Source: Dipteris shenzhenensis
Lineage: Eukaryota
Strand: one strand, 5' to 3'
Assembly: GCA_047967505.1 (NCBI GenBank)
Contig: CM106538.1
Length of the DNA: 64,000 nt
Part shown: positions 36,301-49,535 of the stretch, in pieces
Layout: each line of letters begins with the position of its first letter
How positions within the stretch are numbered: position 1 is the first letter of the stretch
Made by a program: the position numbers and the translations under genes
Notes under the pieces: generated by a model
The model's input: the letters and a program-made list of their open reading frames with translations, nothing else
Databases searched by the model: none
What the model was told of the DNA's origin: nothing

Positions 36301-39107
36301 TTGCAACAACATGATCAAATACCCCTGATACATGTAAGGGATACAAAGTCCCACACTTGGCACCCCTAGCCAAAAGCATAGAGCCCTTCTGAATTTTCCA
36401 ACTCTGAAAGCCAAAAGTGGTGTGAAAACCAGCATCATCTAGCTGACCCACTGAAATAAGACTCTTGGTCAGCTTAGGCACATGTCTCACATGTTTCAAA
36501 ACAAATGCAAACCCATTTGCAAAAGAAAACTTTATGTCACCTGCTCCCACTATGTCACATGCATAGTCATTTCCAAGATGCACACAACCTGTCTTTCCAC
36601 TATCATAAGTGGAGAACAATTCCCTATGGGGAGTAACATGGAATGAAGCACCAGAATCCAAAATCCAATCCTGGGAATATGCATCATCTGAAGTGGTAAG
36701 CAACTTTGCAGATAAACTAGACATGAAGAGAACATCATTGTCACCATCATGTGTGACTGCATTGATCTCCTCGATCTTCACTTTTCCTTTGTCCTCCCTT
36801 GGACTCTCTTTCTTTTGATTTGCACCCCAATTTGCATTCTTTTTCTTATCCTTTTGCTCTCTTTTCAGCTTGTAGCAATCCTTTTTCATATGGCCCTTCT
36901 TGCCACAATGGTAACACTCAATGTTCCGTGCCTTGGATTTGCTACGAGACTTTCCTCTTTCTTGGGACTTCCCCCTGAACTGTGATCTGCCCCTTTGCAC
37001 ATTTAAGGCTGCATCCTGCTTGTTGCCATCCATAGACTTCCATCTAATCTCCTCGGCCAACAAGCTACCCACAACATCATCAAATTTCAGTACTCCACTA
37101 GGTGCAGAGTTACTAACAGCTGTACGGAAGGTATCCCATGAGGATGGCAATGAACATAAGAGAAATATTGCCTTAGTCTCCGCATCAAAATTCATCTTCT
37201 GAGCCTGAAGCTGGCTGAAAATAATATTGAATTCATTCAAGTGAGAAGCAATGGAGACCCCTTCCTTCATCTGCAGCTCAAACAACCTCTTCATGAGGTA
37301 AACTTTATTAGAGGCAGTTTCCTTCTCATAAGTGGCACACAGTTTCTTCCACAAATCTTCCGTAGTCTGCTCATTTACTACTGTGAAATAAACTGACTCT
37401 GCAAGATGAAGTCTAATAGTAGACTTTGCTAATGCATCCAACTCATTCCAATCATCCTCAGACATATCCGCAGGCTTAGCTTCAATCCCTGCCAAGGGTT
37501 TAATCTGCTTCTTTTGAATAAGCACATCCCTTATTTGTTCTTTCCACAAAGAAAAGTTTGTCCCATCAAACTTTTTAATGCTAAAAAACTCCTTTTCAGA
37601 CGTGGAAGAGGATGCCATGATGCAAATGAAACAAAATCCCAAATGCTAGTGCCTGCAAGAGAGAATCACACCAAATACTAGGTGCACCCAAATGTGTATG
37701 CCACAATAGAGTGAAATATCACCAAAATTCAAAGCTCAAAGCATCAAAAGATGCATCTGACTCATGTGCATATACTATGCATCCATACGAGCAAATCTGG
37801 CCCAAAAGAAAATGCCAATAAGTTTCAAATGACTCAAGTATAAACATCGTCCACTAGCATGTGCATCAATAATATCTCATCCAAGAGAGCATAGCACTAT
37901 CAGTGCATCACCTGCAATGTGTCAAAGCTGTCCCTCAGCTTAAAATAGCATCCATGTGCAAAGTGTCCATAAAAATAGCATCCCACAAGGCAATTTGGGC
38001 CTATCAGCACATCCAATAAGGACCGCAATGCATCCAAATGGCCTATAAATCATCCACTGAGATGCCTCGAAACATGGGCGCCATTGCATAATCGGAATCA
38101 GCAAGAAAATCTGCAAATATCTCTCTTCTGCCAGAACTCCAAAATCCCAACCGATGAGTGAGAAATGGGAGTCAACACTTATCCACTACCATGTGGCATA
38201 AATCTAAGGTTTCAAAACCTTAGTATGAAAAATGCATAACAGAGAGACGAAATCGAATACACAGAGATTTATAACTCTGAAAATCCTTCACCGAATCACG
38301 CAAGAACTGATAGGTAGGAGTTTTTGGGCATCCGGAACGCAATGGAACAGACGGTTTTGGAAACCGTGGTCTCAATCACTGGGTCCAACACACGGGCTGA
38401 AAAACGTTTTTTGAAACAGAGCTGTTTGTAAACTCCACCGGAGTGCGAATGATGAGCAACATAGAAGTTTTAGGACCTCCTGAGTCCACCGGAACTGACA
38501 GATCTGCAAATGGTTGCTCCAAACTTGAGTTCCAACACCCGGGCAAAAAACGCAGGACCTGACACAATGAGTCAGAAATCCAATGAAATGATCCCAGATT
38601 CAAGAATGAAGGTGTTTCCAAGCTCCTGAAGTGAAGTAGACACCAAAAGCAAGCAATAGTTGCCTCTACAAGTCAATATGGAGTCTCTGTCATCGAACGG
38701 AACAGGGAAAAGCTCAAAAAACGACTTTTTCTTTGAAAGCTCTTAACAAGCTCTCAAAACCACTTCCCAAAGCCAAAGTGACTTTTCCAAAGGTTCCTCT
38801 AAGGTCTCTGCACACTCGGATGCAAGTAAAGTCACCCACAAAGTTTCCCACAGAGCTTCTCCTTCCTCCCACAGAGCTACTGAGCTTCCAAGCATTCACG
38901 CACACTCAGCTAGATCACCCGGGCTCTGATACCAGTTGAGAGTGCTCTCAACGGAAGCAAGAACGGAAGAAGGAGAGAGAGAGAGATAGAGAGCCACACA
39001 AGTTTGGTGGGTGCAGAACCACCCTAATCTTCTTTTTCATTCATTTATATATGTGTTTGAGTATTGTACATAACTGGGGTTAAGGCACAGTGACCTTTAA
39101 CCCCACA
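33331..39107 (-). mobile_element. Near-complete Ty1/copia LTR retrotransposon (Tnt1/Tork-like gag)
   Basis: 171-bp LTRs at 33331-33501 and 38937-39107 with 3 differences; TSD GGCCC at 33326-33330 and 39108-39112; PBS 38923-38934; PPT at 33502-33511. Confidence 0.97.
33591..37642 (-). CDS. pol: Copia gag-pol polyprotein, frameshift near 34265 and stop near 33900
   Basis: CYHCGKKGHMKKDC knuckle, WILDSGAS protease, integrase HCRLGH..CEHC and LRTDNGGE, RT YVDDML, RNase H DSDYAG and KHIEVRYHFIRE. Confidence 0.96.
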
Positions 39108-41419
39108 GGCCCCATTCCTCCACAAACCATGGTGCATGTGCGTAAAGAATATGCTATAAACAAAAACATTGTATTAGAAACATAAACTGACTCAAGTTTA
39201 AAGCACAAAATTTCAACCTAAGGAGGATTACTATGTAATGTGTAATATGTGACTCCCCCCATGCTTCTACGATCAATGATATGAATTCTCCCAATGCTAT
39301 CGTGAATCTCTCATAATAAAGCTCATCTGTTTGACCTTGTCTAAGCAACTTTATAAATGCATCAAGCTTTGTCCACAATTTTGCTCTCAAAGTAGCAATT
39401 CGCAGTTGTGAAGCTTGATTTGTAGTGCACTCACACAAAGCTTTCTAGTACTCCCAACCGAGGGTGCTTTGAGCCAATGTATGTTTTTGTTTATCAGCAT
39501 TGTGATTGGACAAGGACCTCCTTGCCTTTCCTCCACCCATGGACACTTTAGCAGGAAGATTTTGTGTCTTTCTTGATTGTTTCTTGTCCTGCTTAAGCTT
39601 CACATTGCCTCCGTTAAGTCCCATTAGTGAGAGTAGGTCTTTAGCTTTTGCAATGCATTGTGCAGATACTTGCTGTGGCCTCAAATTCCAAGCATAAACT
39701 AGATGGAGATAGAGTAACTTATCAAGTATATGCAGTTCAACATGCAAAGTACACGTGTACCCGCTCCAATGGAATTGCTAGAATGGGGTCCCACTTAGGA
39801 TCCTTTTTGTGACAATCAGGGGCTGCACTTTGGTTGCAAGAAAGGATGCCATTTTCCCATTGTAGGCTTCCCTTTTGCATCTTCTGAGAGTGGGTGCAAT
39901 ACAAGCATGTCCATTTTGCATCTACACCTGTATCACAACCATACAAGCACTTGAGGGTTTTGCATCTGCACCTGTATCACAACCATACAAGCACTTGAGG
40001 GTCTTCAAATCACTAGCTAGATGCCATTCAACTTGAAACATTCCATGCCCATCCACTATCAATGGTTGCCCTGCCTCTTGTCTTTGAATAATCGATGGGA
40101 TGCCGATTCTCTCCAAAACCCACTTTAATGTGTCATGGCTCCATATGTCCTTCTCAGATTGGACATATGTCCTTCTCAGATTGGACATATGTCCTTCTCA
40201 GATTGGACATATGTCCTTCTCAGATTGGACTGAGAAACCCTGCTCAACTTCCTCATCCCCTTGAGCAAAACGCAAGGCGTCGTTCATAATACAAATGCTC
40301 ACCCTCTCTAGCTTGTGCTCTTTTACCAACTGAGCTTCATCCATTTTTATAACAAATACTAGCTTGCCATCTGTGCAATGAAAGAGAAATACAGTAAGGA
40401 TATAGAAATGAGAAGAAATAAAATTGAATATGAAGAGGGAATTTCTCTTACGTTCTTCTCTCATCCCATATAATTTGACCATGGCTCTCTCAAATTCTCT
40501 ACATCCATGTAAACATTATTGAAAGCATTCATCTCAAACATTTGGATGCTAGATTTCTTTTTACTCTTCCAAGTCATTGTGCCACTTACACAATGGTATC
40601 CTCCAAGCTTTTCTCTAGCACATTGGTTTGTTTCTTGATGTGCAAGCCTTATAGACCACGGTGTTGGCAATGGCATTATAGATATCTTATACTTAACCTC
40701 CATAGCAAACTTGAAAATTTTAAAAATAGAGTTGTAAGCTTCACGACTTACTCCAGCAGCATCACAAGCTCCAAGCACCTCCTTTGCTTGCACGAGGCCC
40801 TTGAAATCCTTCATTTCCTCTCTAGCAACTTGTTTATGTATCCCTTTTTGTCTAGGGTCCTTCAACACTTCCATGACATCACTTGGCTTTATTAAACTTC
40901 TTACAACATATGAAGGATCACTATCATCCATTTCCATTATTCCCATCACATCCTCCATGAAATTCCTAAAGTAGAGTACAAATGAGTCTTAGTAGAAAGA
41001 ATTCAACACCACAAATATTTTGGAGTAAGAAAATTCATTGAAAATTTGGGGAACTAACCTTGCAGCCCGTATTGTCCTCTTTCGACCACCACTATTGGTT
41101 GACAATACATCCATAGATTGCAATTGTCTTTTCCTCTCCTTTAGTCCCAAAGGTGTTCCCTTCAACTTTTGTACTCGTTCCAAGTTTCCATCCACCCAAA
41201 TGTCAAGATGCTTCTTCCCTTGCAATTGAAGATTGTGGAGCACACTTTGAGGAGTTCCACTATCCCAAAGAGTGTGCTTGCATATTCTGCCTCCAGTTTT
41301 AGGTTCACATGGTACTTGTTGGGTATGTCCTCGAATGGTGCCATGAGTACTCAAAGAGAGGTATGAGTGATGCGAGCTAAAATGTAGGGAATAGCTAGAA
41401 AATATGGAGCAGTGAGAGG

Positions 41420-41975
41420 GAGATAGTAGCAAGGAAGAGGGAGGAGGAGAAGTAGATGAGGGAAAGAGGAAGAGGAGGAGGAGAGTAGAGCGACAAGTGT
41501 AAAAGGGAGGGAAGGAGCTACTACAAAAGGGAGGAGGAGGGGAGAGATGCTACAGGAGGGAGGAGGAGGGGAGGGATTCTACAGGAGGGAGGAGTAGAGG
41601 AGAGGGAGCCTGGGCGGCTAGAGAAGCAGGGAAGAGGAAGGAGGGAGGAGGAGCCAGAAGGAGGAGGAGGAGGAGGGGAGAGGGAGGAGGGAGGAGGAGG
41701 AGCAAGACGAAGGAGGGGAGAGATGCTACAGGAGGGAGGAGGAGGGGAGAGATTCTACAGGGGGGAGGAGCAGAGGAGAGGGATCCTGGGCGGTTGGAGG
41801 AGGGGAGAGGAAGGAGGGAGGAGGAGCCAAAAGGAGGAGGAGGAGGGGAGAGGGAGGAGGGAGGAGGAGGAGCAAGACGGAGGAGGGGAGAGGAGGAGGG
41901 AGGGGGAGGGAGGGAGGGAGGGAGGGAGGGAGGGAGGAGGGAGGGAGAGGGAGGGAGGGAGGGAGGGAAGGAGAT
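41420..41975. repeat. G/A-rich tract with a 176-bp tandem duplication and (GGAG)n run upstream of the RAG1-like gene
   Basis: atgctacaggagggaggagg begins at 41547 and 41723; nearly pure purine at 41880-41973. Confidence 0.85.
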
Positions 41976-43327
41976 TCAAAATTTGAAATTCAAATTTCAA
42001 AAAGTGGCCCCCTCCCCTCACTTATGGGGGGAGAGGTGGGCTCAAATGTGGGCTTAACCCACCTAGGTTGCGGGCTGGTTAGGCCTCTTTGGGACCCTTC
42101 AAGCCCCTTGCATTAGCCCACTAAGCATGCTCTAATCCATTCCTTATGAGTCCCTTTTGGGATCCCAATTCTCCCCTAATGCAAGTGCAATGTGGTCTAA
42201 AATGCTTCAAACACAAATAGGCCAAAGTACATGCTATTGGGTTTGATGTTGTATATTATGAAATGCAATGATCTTTGGCATGCTCATGAGCCATATAGCA
42301 AGCAAGTTCATGGAAACAAAAATAGTTCAAAATTGAAAATAGTGTTGGATTTATTAAAATATCTTTGCACATGCACAAATTGCACATTTTCATCTTCTTC
42401 CATTTTAGGTGAATCTAGATACCAATATCAATAAGTATCAATGTTTTAATACCACAATGTAGTCCTTCCACTAGTTTGGATTCTAAATTTTCAATCCATT
42501 TTTGTTTTCAACAAATGAAAAAAAAGTTATGGAGCGTGCCCTCAAATGGGTGTGCATAATTTTAGCACAACATTGGAGACCTGTTAACCCATACCTAATG
42601 TTCTTATTTAGGTTTGCCCTTGGGTTGAAGAGAATCTCATGTAGTGTACTTTTGAATGATTAATTAATTGCATATATGTATAGAACAAGATTTTGATGTT
42701 TTTGAATAAATTGCTATATCCTATACTCTTCAAGATGCATGCTTGACATGCAACATAGCACTTGTAATGCTTTAACGGTCTCGTTTCAAATCCTTATTCC
42801 ATAATTTTTTGGTCTCATGTTCAAGTTTGGATTGTACTACAACTTGAAGACAAAGTTTGTCGAATTCCATTGAGCAATGCATAAGTTATGGGTCATGCAA
42901 GATACCTACATACAAAAAATTCCTTGAACCTCACCAAAAATGGTTACACTCAAGCAAACAATGACCCTTGTGCATTGACCTTGGAGCATTGCTATCATAA
43001 CAGTGCTTTTGCTAGCTACTATATAGCATTGCTATCATAATAGTGCTTGCTAGCTACTATTTAGCATTGTTATTAGCTATTAACAAGGCTACCAACTACT
43101 ATTTAGTAGGTTCTTACACTTTCTATATAGATGGTTATCCAAAAGGGAGGAAAAGAGATAAAAAAGCACAACACATGATGCTATTATACTATCATAGTAC
43201 TAGAGATGTGAGTAGACTTTGTGAGCACTAATCCTAGCATTTCCTTCTTGGTGTATGGAACTATGTCCTTACCATTAGTTGCCATGTACACAATGCTCCC
43301 AATTATGGCACATGCTCAAAAAGCAAA

Positions 43328-46300
43328 CACTACTACACTGGGCCCTATTTTGATGCTTAAGCACCGACGTTTAGCGTGCATAGGGCACTAATCATCGATA
43401 ACCAAAGTGGGATTCGTTAAGTGTCGCTATATAGTGACCTTAGGCAAACGTCGCTATATAGCGACATTTAAAGAGCGTCGCTATATAGCGATACTTATTA
43501 GACTTGTGAATGGTCACTATATAGAAACACTTATTAGACTTGTGAATGGTCGCTATATAGCAACAGTGAGATAGCTTCCTATAGCGATGTTTTACAGAGT
43601 GTTTTTTCCCATACCGACCTTAAAAGATAGTTTTTCCCAATGACAATTTTTTTTTCCTTTTCATACATGTTTGAGCCTTTGAGAGAATAAAAGTACAAGA
43701 GCATGTACATCAAGCCTTTGAAGCTCATATATTCATGTCCAAGTTTGAGATGAAAAAAATCAATGAAAAGCATTTACATCAAAAGCCAAGTCTAACGTGC
43801 CAAACAAGTCTATCTCTAACTCTATACCAAGTTGATCTCCTATATCATCATCGTACTCTAGCATCGTATGTTCACCTAAGAGTACTTGATCATCTTCTTC
43901 AATAAGTGTGGTGATTCTTGATGATCGTCATCTTCTTCCTCAATATCGTGATCTCCATCTTCCTCTCATATGATGTCATTATGCGAGTCTTCCTCTTGGC
44001 TCATATTGTGATCTTCATCTTCTTTGCTAGATCCACCTGGATCAATTGGATCTGGCATTGGTAATGGAATCTCCATATCCACATCTCTATCTTCAAAAAT
44101 TTTCTTATTTCGTGGTGCAACTTGGATCACGTACCACCATCTTGGATCAGAACGATCCAGATGAAAAACCACCTATATTGAAGATGGGTGCCAAATGCCA
44201 TCAATTATATATATAAAATTATGCTTAAGTACATGTATCAATGGATCTTTAAAAATGAAAGCTTCGATTAATTAAATCATTAGTATGCACCTACTCATAA
44301 TGCCCGAGAAGAACAAAAGTATCACTTTCATCGGTCCAAAGTTTGGTGGAGTCTATTGCAAAGAAACTGCTACTGTCTTTTCTCATTGTCGCATGGAGAC
44401 CGTTGTAAATAGTTCTAAACCATTTTACATCAAAAATGAAAATACTAAATCATCTAAAATCAATTTCATAGATTTCGTGTATGGTTCCACAATAATCCAA
44501 CTGTGAGGAGAGGAGATTGGTATCCAAAGCACTTGCTCGGCTATCTTGTGTGAAGTTAGCCATGACTCCACAATCATATGTGACTCTCTTTGAATCGATG
44601 CGTTCCATGCAAAAATATCATCCATATGACCATAATGCATTGTACTTTTTGTACTGCAAAAGAGCATCATTAAAACAATGAAGATGCATCTATTTTATAG
44701 TGTATATTGCCACAAATAATCACTTAAGTACGTCGAGGTAAGAAACTTACATGCATCATACATAATGACAACTCTTGCTCATGCTCGTTTATTGTCTCTC
44801 CATCGCTTTTGGCTTTACACAGAGCCAGTTGTAGCCAATCAAGTGACATGTGAGTGGGGAGAAGGGCGAGATCCCGTGGATACGGTTTTGCGATCGCCTA
44901 TACATTACTCTGAATCTCGTCCCTGCATTTATTCTTTCTGCTTTAGCTACTTCATATCTCTCAATCCACTTCTGCATCTCCTTGCTATTGAGGATACAAA
45001 ACTTATTGAATTTCTCCATTTGCTCTTCACTCATCTTTCTTTCAATCCTTTTTCCTTGGGGAACCTTGCCAACGATGCGATCATCATCCTTGTTATGCCA
45101 AGCTTGCGGCATATCCGGATCTATGGATGCAAGAAACTCCATGATATATACTAATGACTCTTGCACAAGCCATCCCTCTGCCATGCTTGCTTTTGGTCTT
45201 GCTCTTTGTCTTACAAATCCCTTCAAAGTTTTCATAAACTGCTCGAGAAAAAACATTCACCAACTACCAGTACCTGCAATGGCCACCTCATCAACTATGC
45301 GCACAAGCAAGTGCACTTGAGTTGTCATAATGCTCAAGGGAAAGTGCTTCTCAAGCAAGCATACGGCTTTGATGGATTCCACCCTAACGTTCTCGATGCT
45401 CGATATGGAGATCTCTTTTTGATACCCACCTATTTCACATGCCCATGTAAGATATACTCATTATCAGTCTATAGATTATTCATATTAAATTGAAGAAAAT
45501 GCAATCAATGCGATTTGATAGTAAGCATACCTCACAATACCACTGATCTCGAATATAGCATTTCTAACATCTTCTTGTAAGCACCCTTTTATTGTAATTG
45601 GGAGGATGAACTATTAAAGCAACAAAGAAGTCATGTCAATAATATAACATAATCATAATTACACTAACGCATGACGATTATCGGTACACTAATCCTACAG
45701 CTTAGAATACCTATAAGACCTTGTGCCAATCATGGGACTTGAGCCCACTAAGCTTATTGTTCTTTGAAAATGCTGCTTTAAAGCAACACATGTACCCTGT
45801 GGGTGTTTGAAAAGAGATGATGTCTGCCTTGACCCACTGCCTCCTCTCTCGTGGAGAGAATCCATGTTGCTTTTGGGATGATAACTTTTTTCAAAGCACG
45901 CACTTGGGGCCACAAATGAGACATCCTATTCATAGCACGCAAGTCTTCTTGCACTCCTCTCGAGTCTTTGGAACCAACCAAGTATGCCCAAATAGTAGCC
46001 CCCACATTCTTGAAGATATGCATGGGATCCAAGAGATGATTGATTTGTAACTGACCCCAATAAGGAAGCTTGTGAAAGATTGATAGCCTCTTCATACCAC
46101 GAGGAGGTTCCTCTCCATTCACCCTCCAAGCCTGAATCCAGTCACTTGCCTTCAAATATGGTGGTGGTGGATCAAGCTGACCTCCATGCGCGAGATGGTC
46201 CAACGGAAGGTATTGAGCATGACCTTCATAAAAATTTTTCCTCATATGTTTGGAGTATTGTGCAAGCAATTTCAAACCCGGTCCATAAATAGGACAAGCA

Positions 46301-46997
46301 TGGTACCCACTTGTAACAAGTCCTACATGCGCGCATGAATGTATTAGTATAAGACATGCATGTGAAAGAGATTCATCAAAGCATAATCCTATATTATACA
46401 TGTAAAGACACAAGCACATATCTGCACACTCTCCATATCTTCGGTAGTCATGCATGGTCTACATAAAGATACCCCTAAGCAAAATATCATTGGTATGTTT
46501 AGGAGCTCTAGAAATATCAAAGACCTGCCCCACACTCCTCTTCATAAGATCTGTAACTCCTCTATCAAAGGTGCCATGTACACGTCCATATTTTTGGCCT
46601 TGTGCTTCCCTGGCACAAGTAGTGTAAGCATGATGTGTCCATTCTTTATTATCAGCCATGGTGGGATATTGTAATTCACTAAGACTATGGGCCATGTCGA
46701 GCGTAACTCGAAAGGATTCACACCATCCATGGTGAGCCCAAGATGTAAGTTGCATGGCTCCCTTGCAAAGTCCAGCCATTGATTTTTTATGTGCTTCCAA
46801 GCTACACAATTTGTAGGAATCCTCAATGTGTCATCAGTGGACTGATGAGATGCATGCCAAGTCATCAACTCTGCTATGGATTTGCATCAGAACATGTGCT
46901 GTATTCTTGCAATGATGGGAAAGGGTCTCAAGACCTTCACCAGTATCTACTCACCCTACAAGTCATCTCTATATCATTGTTCCCCACACTTCAGACA
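43328..46997 (-). mobile_element. Truncated, decayed second copy of the CACTA family, inverted relative to copy 1
   Basis: Terminus CACTACTACAC at 43328, decayed GTCGCTATATAGCGAC repeats at 43420-43590, and transposase fragments colinear with about 15755-18999; 5' half missing. Confidence 0.94.
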
Positions 46998-49535
46998 CCC
47001 CAAAACCAAAACAAACTGAAAACTTAGAATCCAAACTAGTGGGACTGCTCCATGGTGATCTTAAAACATTGATAGTTGTTGATATTGGTATCTAGATTCA
47101 CCCTAAAATGGAAGAAGTTGAAAATGTGCAATTTGTCCATGTGGAAAAATAAATCCAATACTATTTACACTTTGAATTGATTATTTTTACATGCACTTGC
47201 TTATTCTATGGCTCATAAGCATGCCAAAGGTCATTGCATTTCATAATCCACATCATCAAACCCGATAGCATGCCCTTTAGCCTATTTGTGTTTTGAAGCA
47301 TTTGAGGCCACATTGCACTTGTTTGGGATATCGAATAATGATGTGTATTGTCGGAGGGGGCAAAATTGGGGCTGAAGATTTCACTACTCCCGCAAATTTT
47401 GAATTTTCACACCTCTCGCCCATCAAATCTTGGAATATTAAGTACTTGCAACATGGTCGTGCCCTACAAATGCCCTATAATTTGCATGCACCTGAACATG
47501 ACCTTGCATAAACTTTGGTTTGGCATTGTCTTCTTTTGGGTAAGTTGTCTTCTATTCTTTGCTCGCCTCACAAGCTAACTTCTCTAGGTCTATTCTGGAC
47601 TCATCGTGGCCATGGCATCAATGGCAACATGCAGCTTGACATGGCTTGGAAGAGAAGTAAAAAGAGGCTGCAAGACAAGAAAGCTAAAAGGCCTAGTCAA
47701 GGCACAAGGAATAGATTGCAGGTCGAGGAAAGCAATGGTACGTGATCGAAATGGCAATGGAAGACACTTTTACAACATTTGCAAAGGGGAAACAATAAGA
47801 AGAAAGAATACTCCTTGCAGAGCAGCAGTAGGAAGTGGTTGCAGATGCACGCATTTGAGCATTGCCATTAAAGGGAAGAACACGAGCTATGGTGTCAAGA
47901 TTGGTGGGAGCATTTGAGGTAGCAACATCAGGCCATTCAAGTGAATACCAGTCTTGAGTCTTCACAAGCTCTAAAGTTCATAGAGTAACAACCCTACCAA
48001 CACCTTGGGAGATGCACATCCAAGAGGCAATGCTCTATAACCTGAGAAATGGCCTATAGAAAGTGAAAGGGGTGCACAGCTTAGATCAACTAGTTGTAAA
48101 GAGGGTGACATTAGGTATGTTAGTGTCCCTTGAAACAAAGGAGAAATGTCTTGGGTACACAATGTCGAATCTGTTGTCAATTAGATGAACCAATGTGGCT
48201 TCAGCAGTTGAACTTAAAGCACAAGCAATGCACAATCATCCTAATCTGAGAAGTCTATGGGCTTCAACAAAATGTAAGAAAAGGAGAGGCAACTTGAGTG
48301 TGGAAGTCATTGCTATAGTGACAATTTTTTGGCACAAAAATATGAGAGTTTCTCCAAATCTAAAGGACATCTAAAAAAAGCGAACAAGATGCAAGGTGTT
48401 TGAGGAGCACATCATACACATGCTTGATACAATGCAGGTCAGTGGTGCCTAAACCAGCCCAGTGTTGTTTGTGATTGAGATTTGGGATAGCTTACTTGTT
48501 TCATTTCTTAAACCAGGCTTGTACTAAATGTGATTATACCAACCCGGTGGTTGGAACATCATGCAATCGTAGGTTGATTCAGCTCAATCACTAGTTATGT
48601 GATTGTCTTGAACTAACATGGTGGAACATACATTAGTTGTTAACCAGCCCAGTGGTGTGGTTGAGCAGAAATTAACAACCATATATTTCACAACAGAACA
48701 GCAATATATTGTTATTTTACTAAACCATCCCAGTGGGTGGAACAGCATGCAACCATGGCTGCTTCAACTCAATCACCAATTATGTGATTGTCTTGAACCA
48801 TCGTGGTTGAACAGACATTAGTTGTTGATGGTCCCCATGGTTGAAATTACTATGTTTCTTAGGACTTAAATTAGTTAAATTTAATTTCTTGCTATTTGGT
48901 TCATTCTAGACCAGATGACTTGGACTTAATGTGATTGTCCTAAACCAGCCCGGTGCTAGTTCAAGACAAACATCAATTTATTGATTGAAATTGTGAAATT
49001 CAAAAAACAATGTATTATTATTTTCTAATTGTGAAATGTTATTTTCTAATAGTGAAATTCAGAAATGAAAAGCAATATACTTGTTATTGTCTAATATGTG
49101 AGGTTGAAGACTGTCAGGCTATTTACCTGCCATTACCTGCCAGGTGGTTGAAATTGTGACTGTCCTAAACCAACTCCGTAGTTGAAATTATGGCTATCCT
49201 AAATGTTTCCTAAACCAGCCCGATGGTTGACTATCCTAAACGTGTCCTAAACTAGTCTGGTGATTGAAATTATGATTGTCCTAAACCAACCCGATGGTTG
49301 AAATTGTGACTGTCTTAAACTAGCCCGATAATTGAAATTGTGAGTGTCCTAAATGTGTCCTAAATCAGCCCAGTGATTGAAATTGTGACCATCCTAATCC
49401 AGTGCTATAGTTGAAATTGTGACTATCCTATACCAGCGTAGTGGTTGAAAATTGTTTTGCTTCATTATATATTTTTATTAGACTACATTTTTGCACGTAT
49501 TGTGTTTTATCTTATTTTAATAGTGCAAAAAGGGG
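46998..49535 (-). repeat. Diverged inverted homolog of 25245-27086 plus 42182-42510
   Basis: Colinear reverse-complement similarity, for example ctagttgatctaagctgtgcacccc (26292) with 48069-48093, and ccactagtttggattctaa (42468) with 47024-47042. 48100-48440 is absent from the left copy. Confidence 0.85.

Larger units (their letters stand above)
32732..41344 (-). pseudogene. RAG1/Transib-like DDE transposase with introns, split by a copia insertion
   Basis: In order: LVFVIKMDEA (about 40340), KLERVSICIM, VQSEKDIW..HDTL, WHLASDLKTLKCLYG (about 40010), WTCLYC, CTLHVE, ITHYI then intron 39154-39231 then HILYAHAPWFVEEW, copia, GPLSIWNTQGVEKSH (E codon 33294-33296). Confidence 0.85.
27087..42181. 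mobile_element. TIR DNA transposon with RAG1/Transib-like transposase and cargo genes (about 9.3 kb without the nested copia)
   Basis: 30-bp TIRs: cattaggggagaattggggtctccaaaggg (27087-27116) versus the reverse complement of 42152-42181, cattaggggagaattgggatcccaaaaggg (3 mismatches). The two flanks join to match an uninterrupted inverted homolog near 47310-47332. Confidence 0.88.

Noticed and set aside
41723-42057. E/G/R-rich and P/S-rich ORFs
   Set aside because: Low-complexity purine tract.
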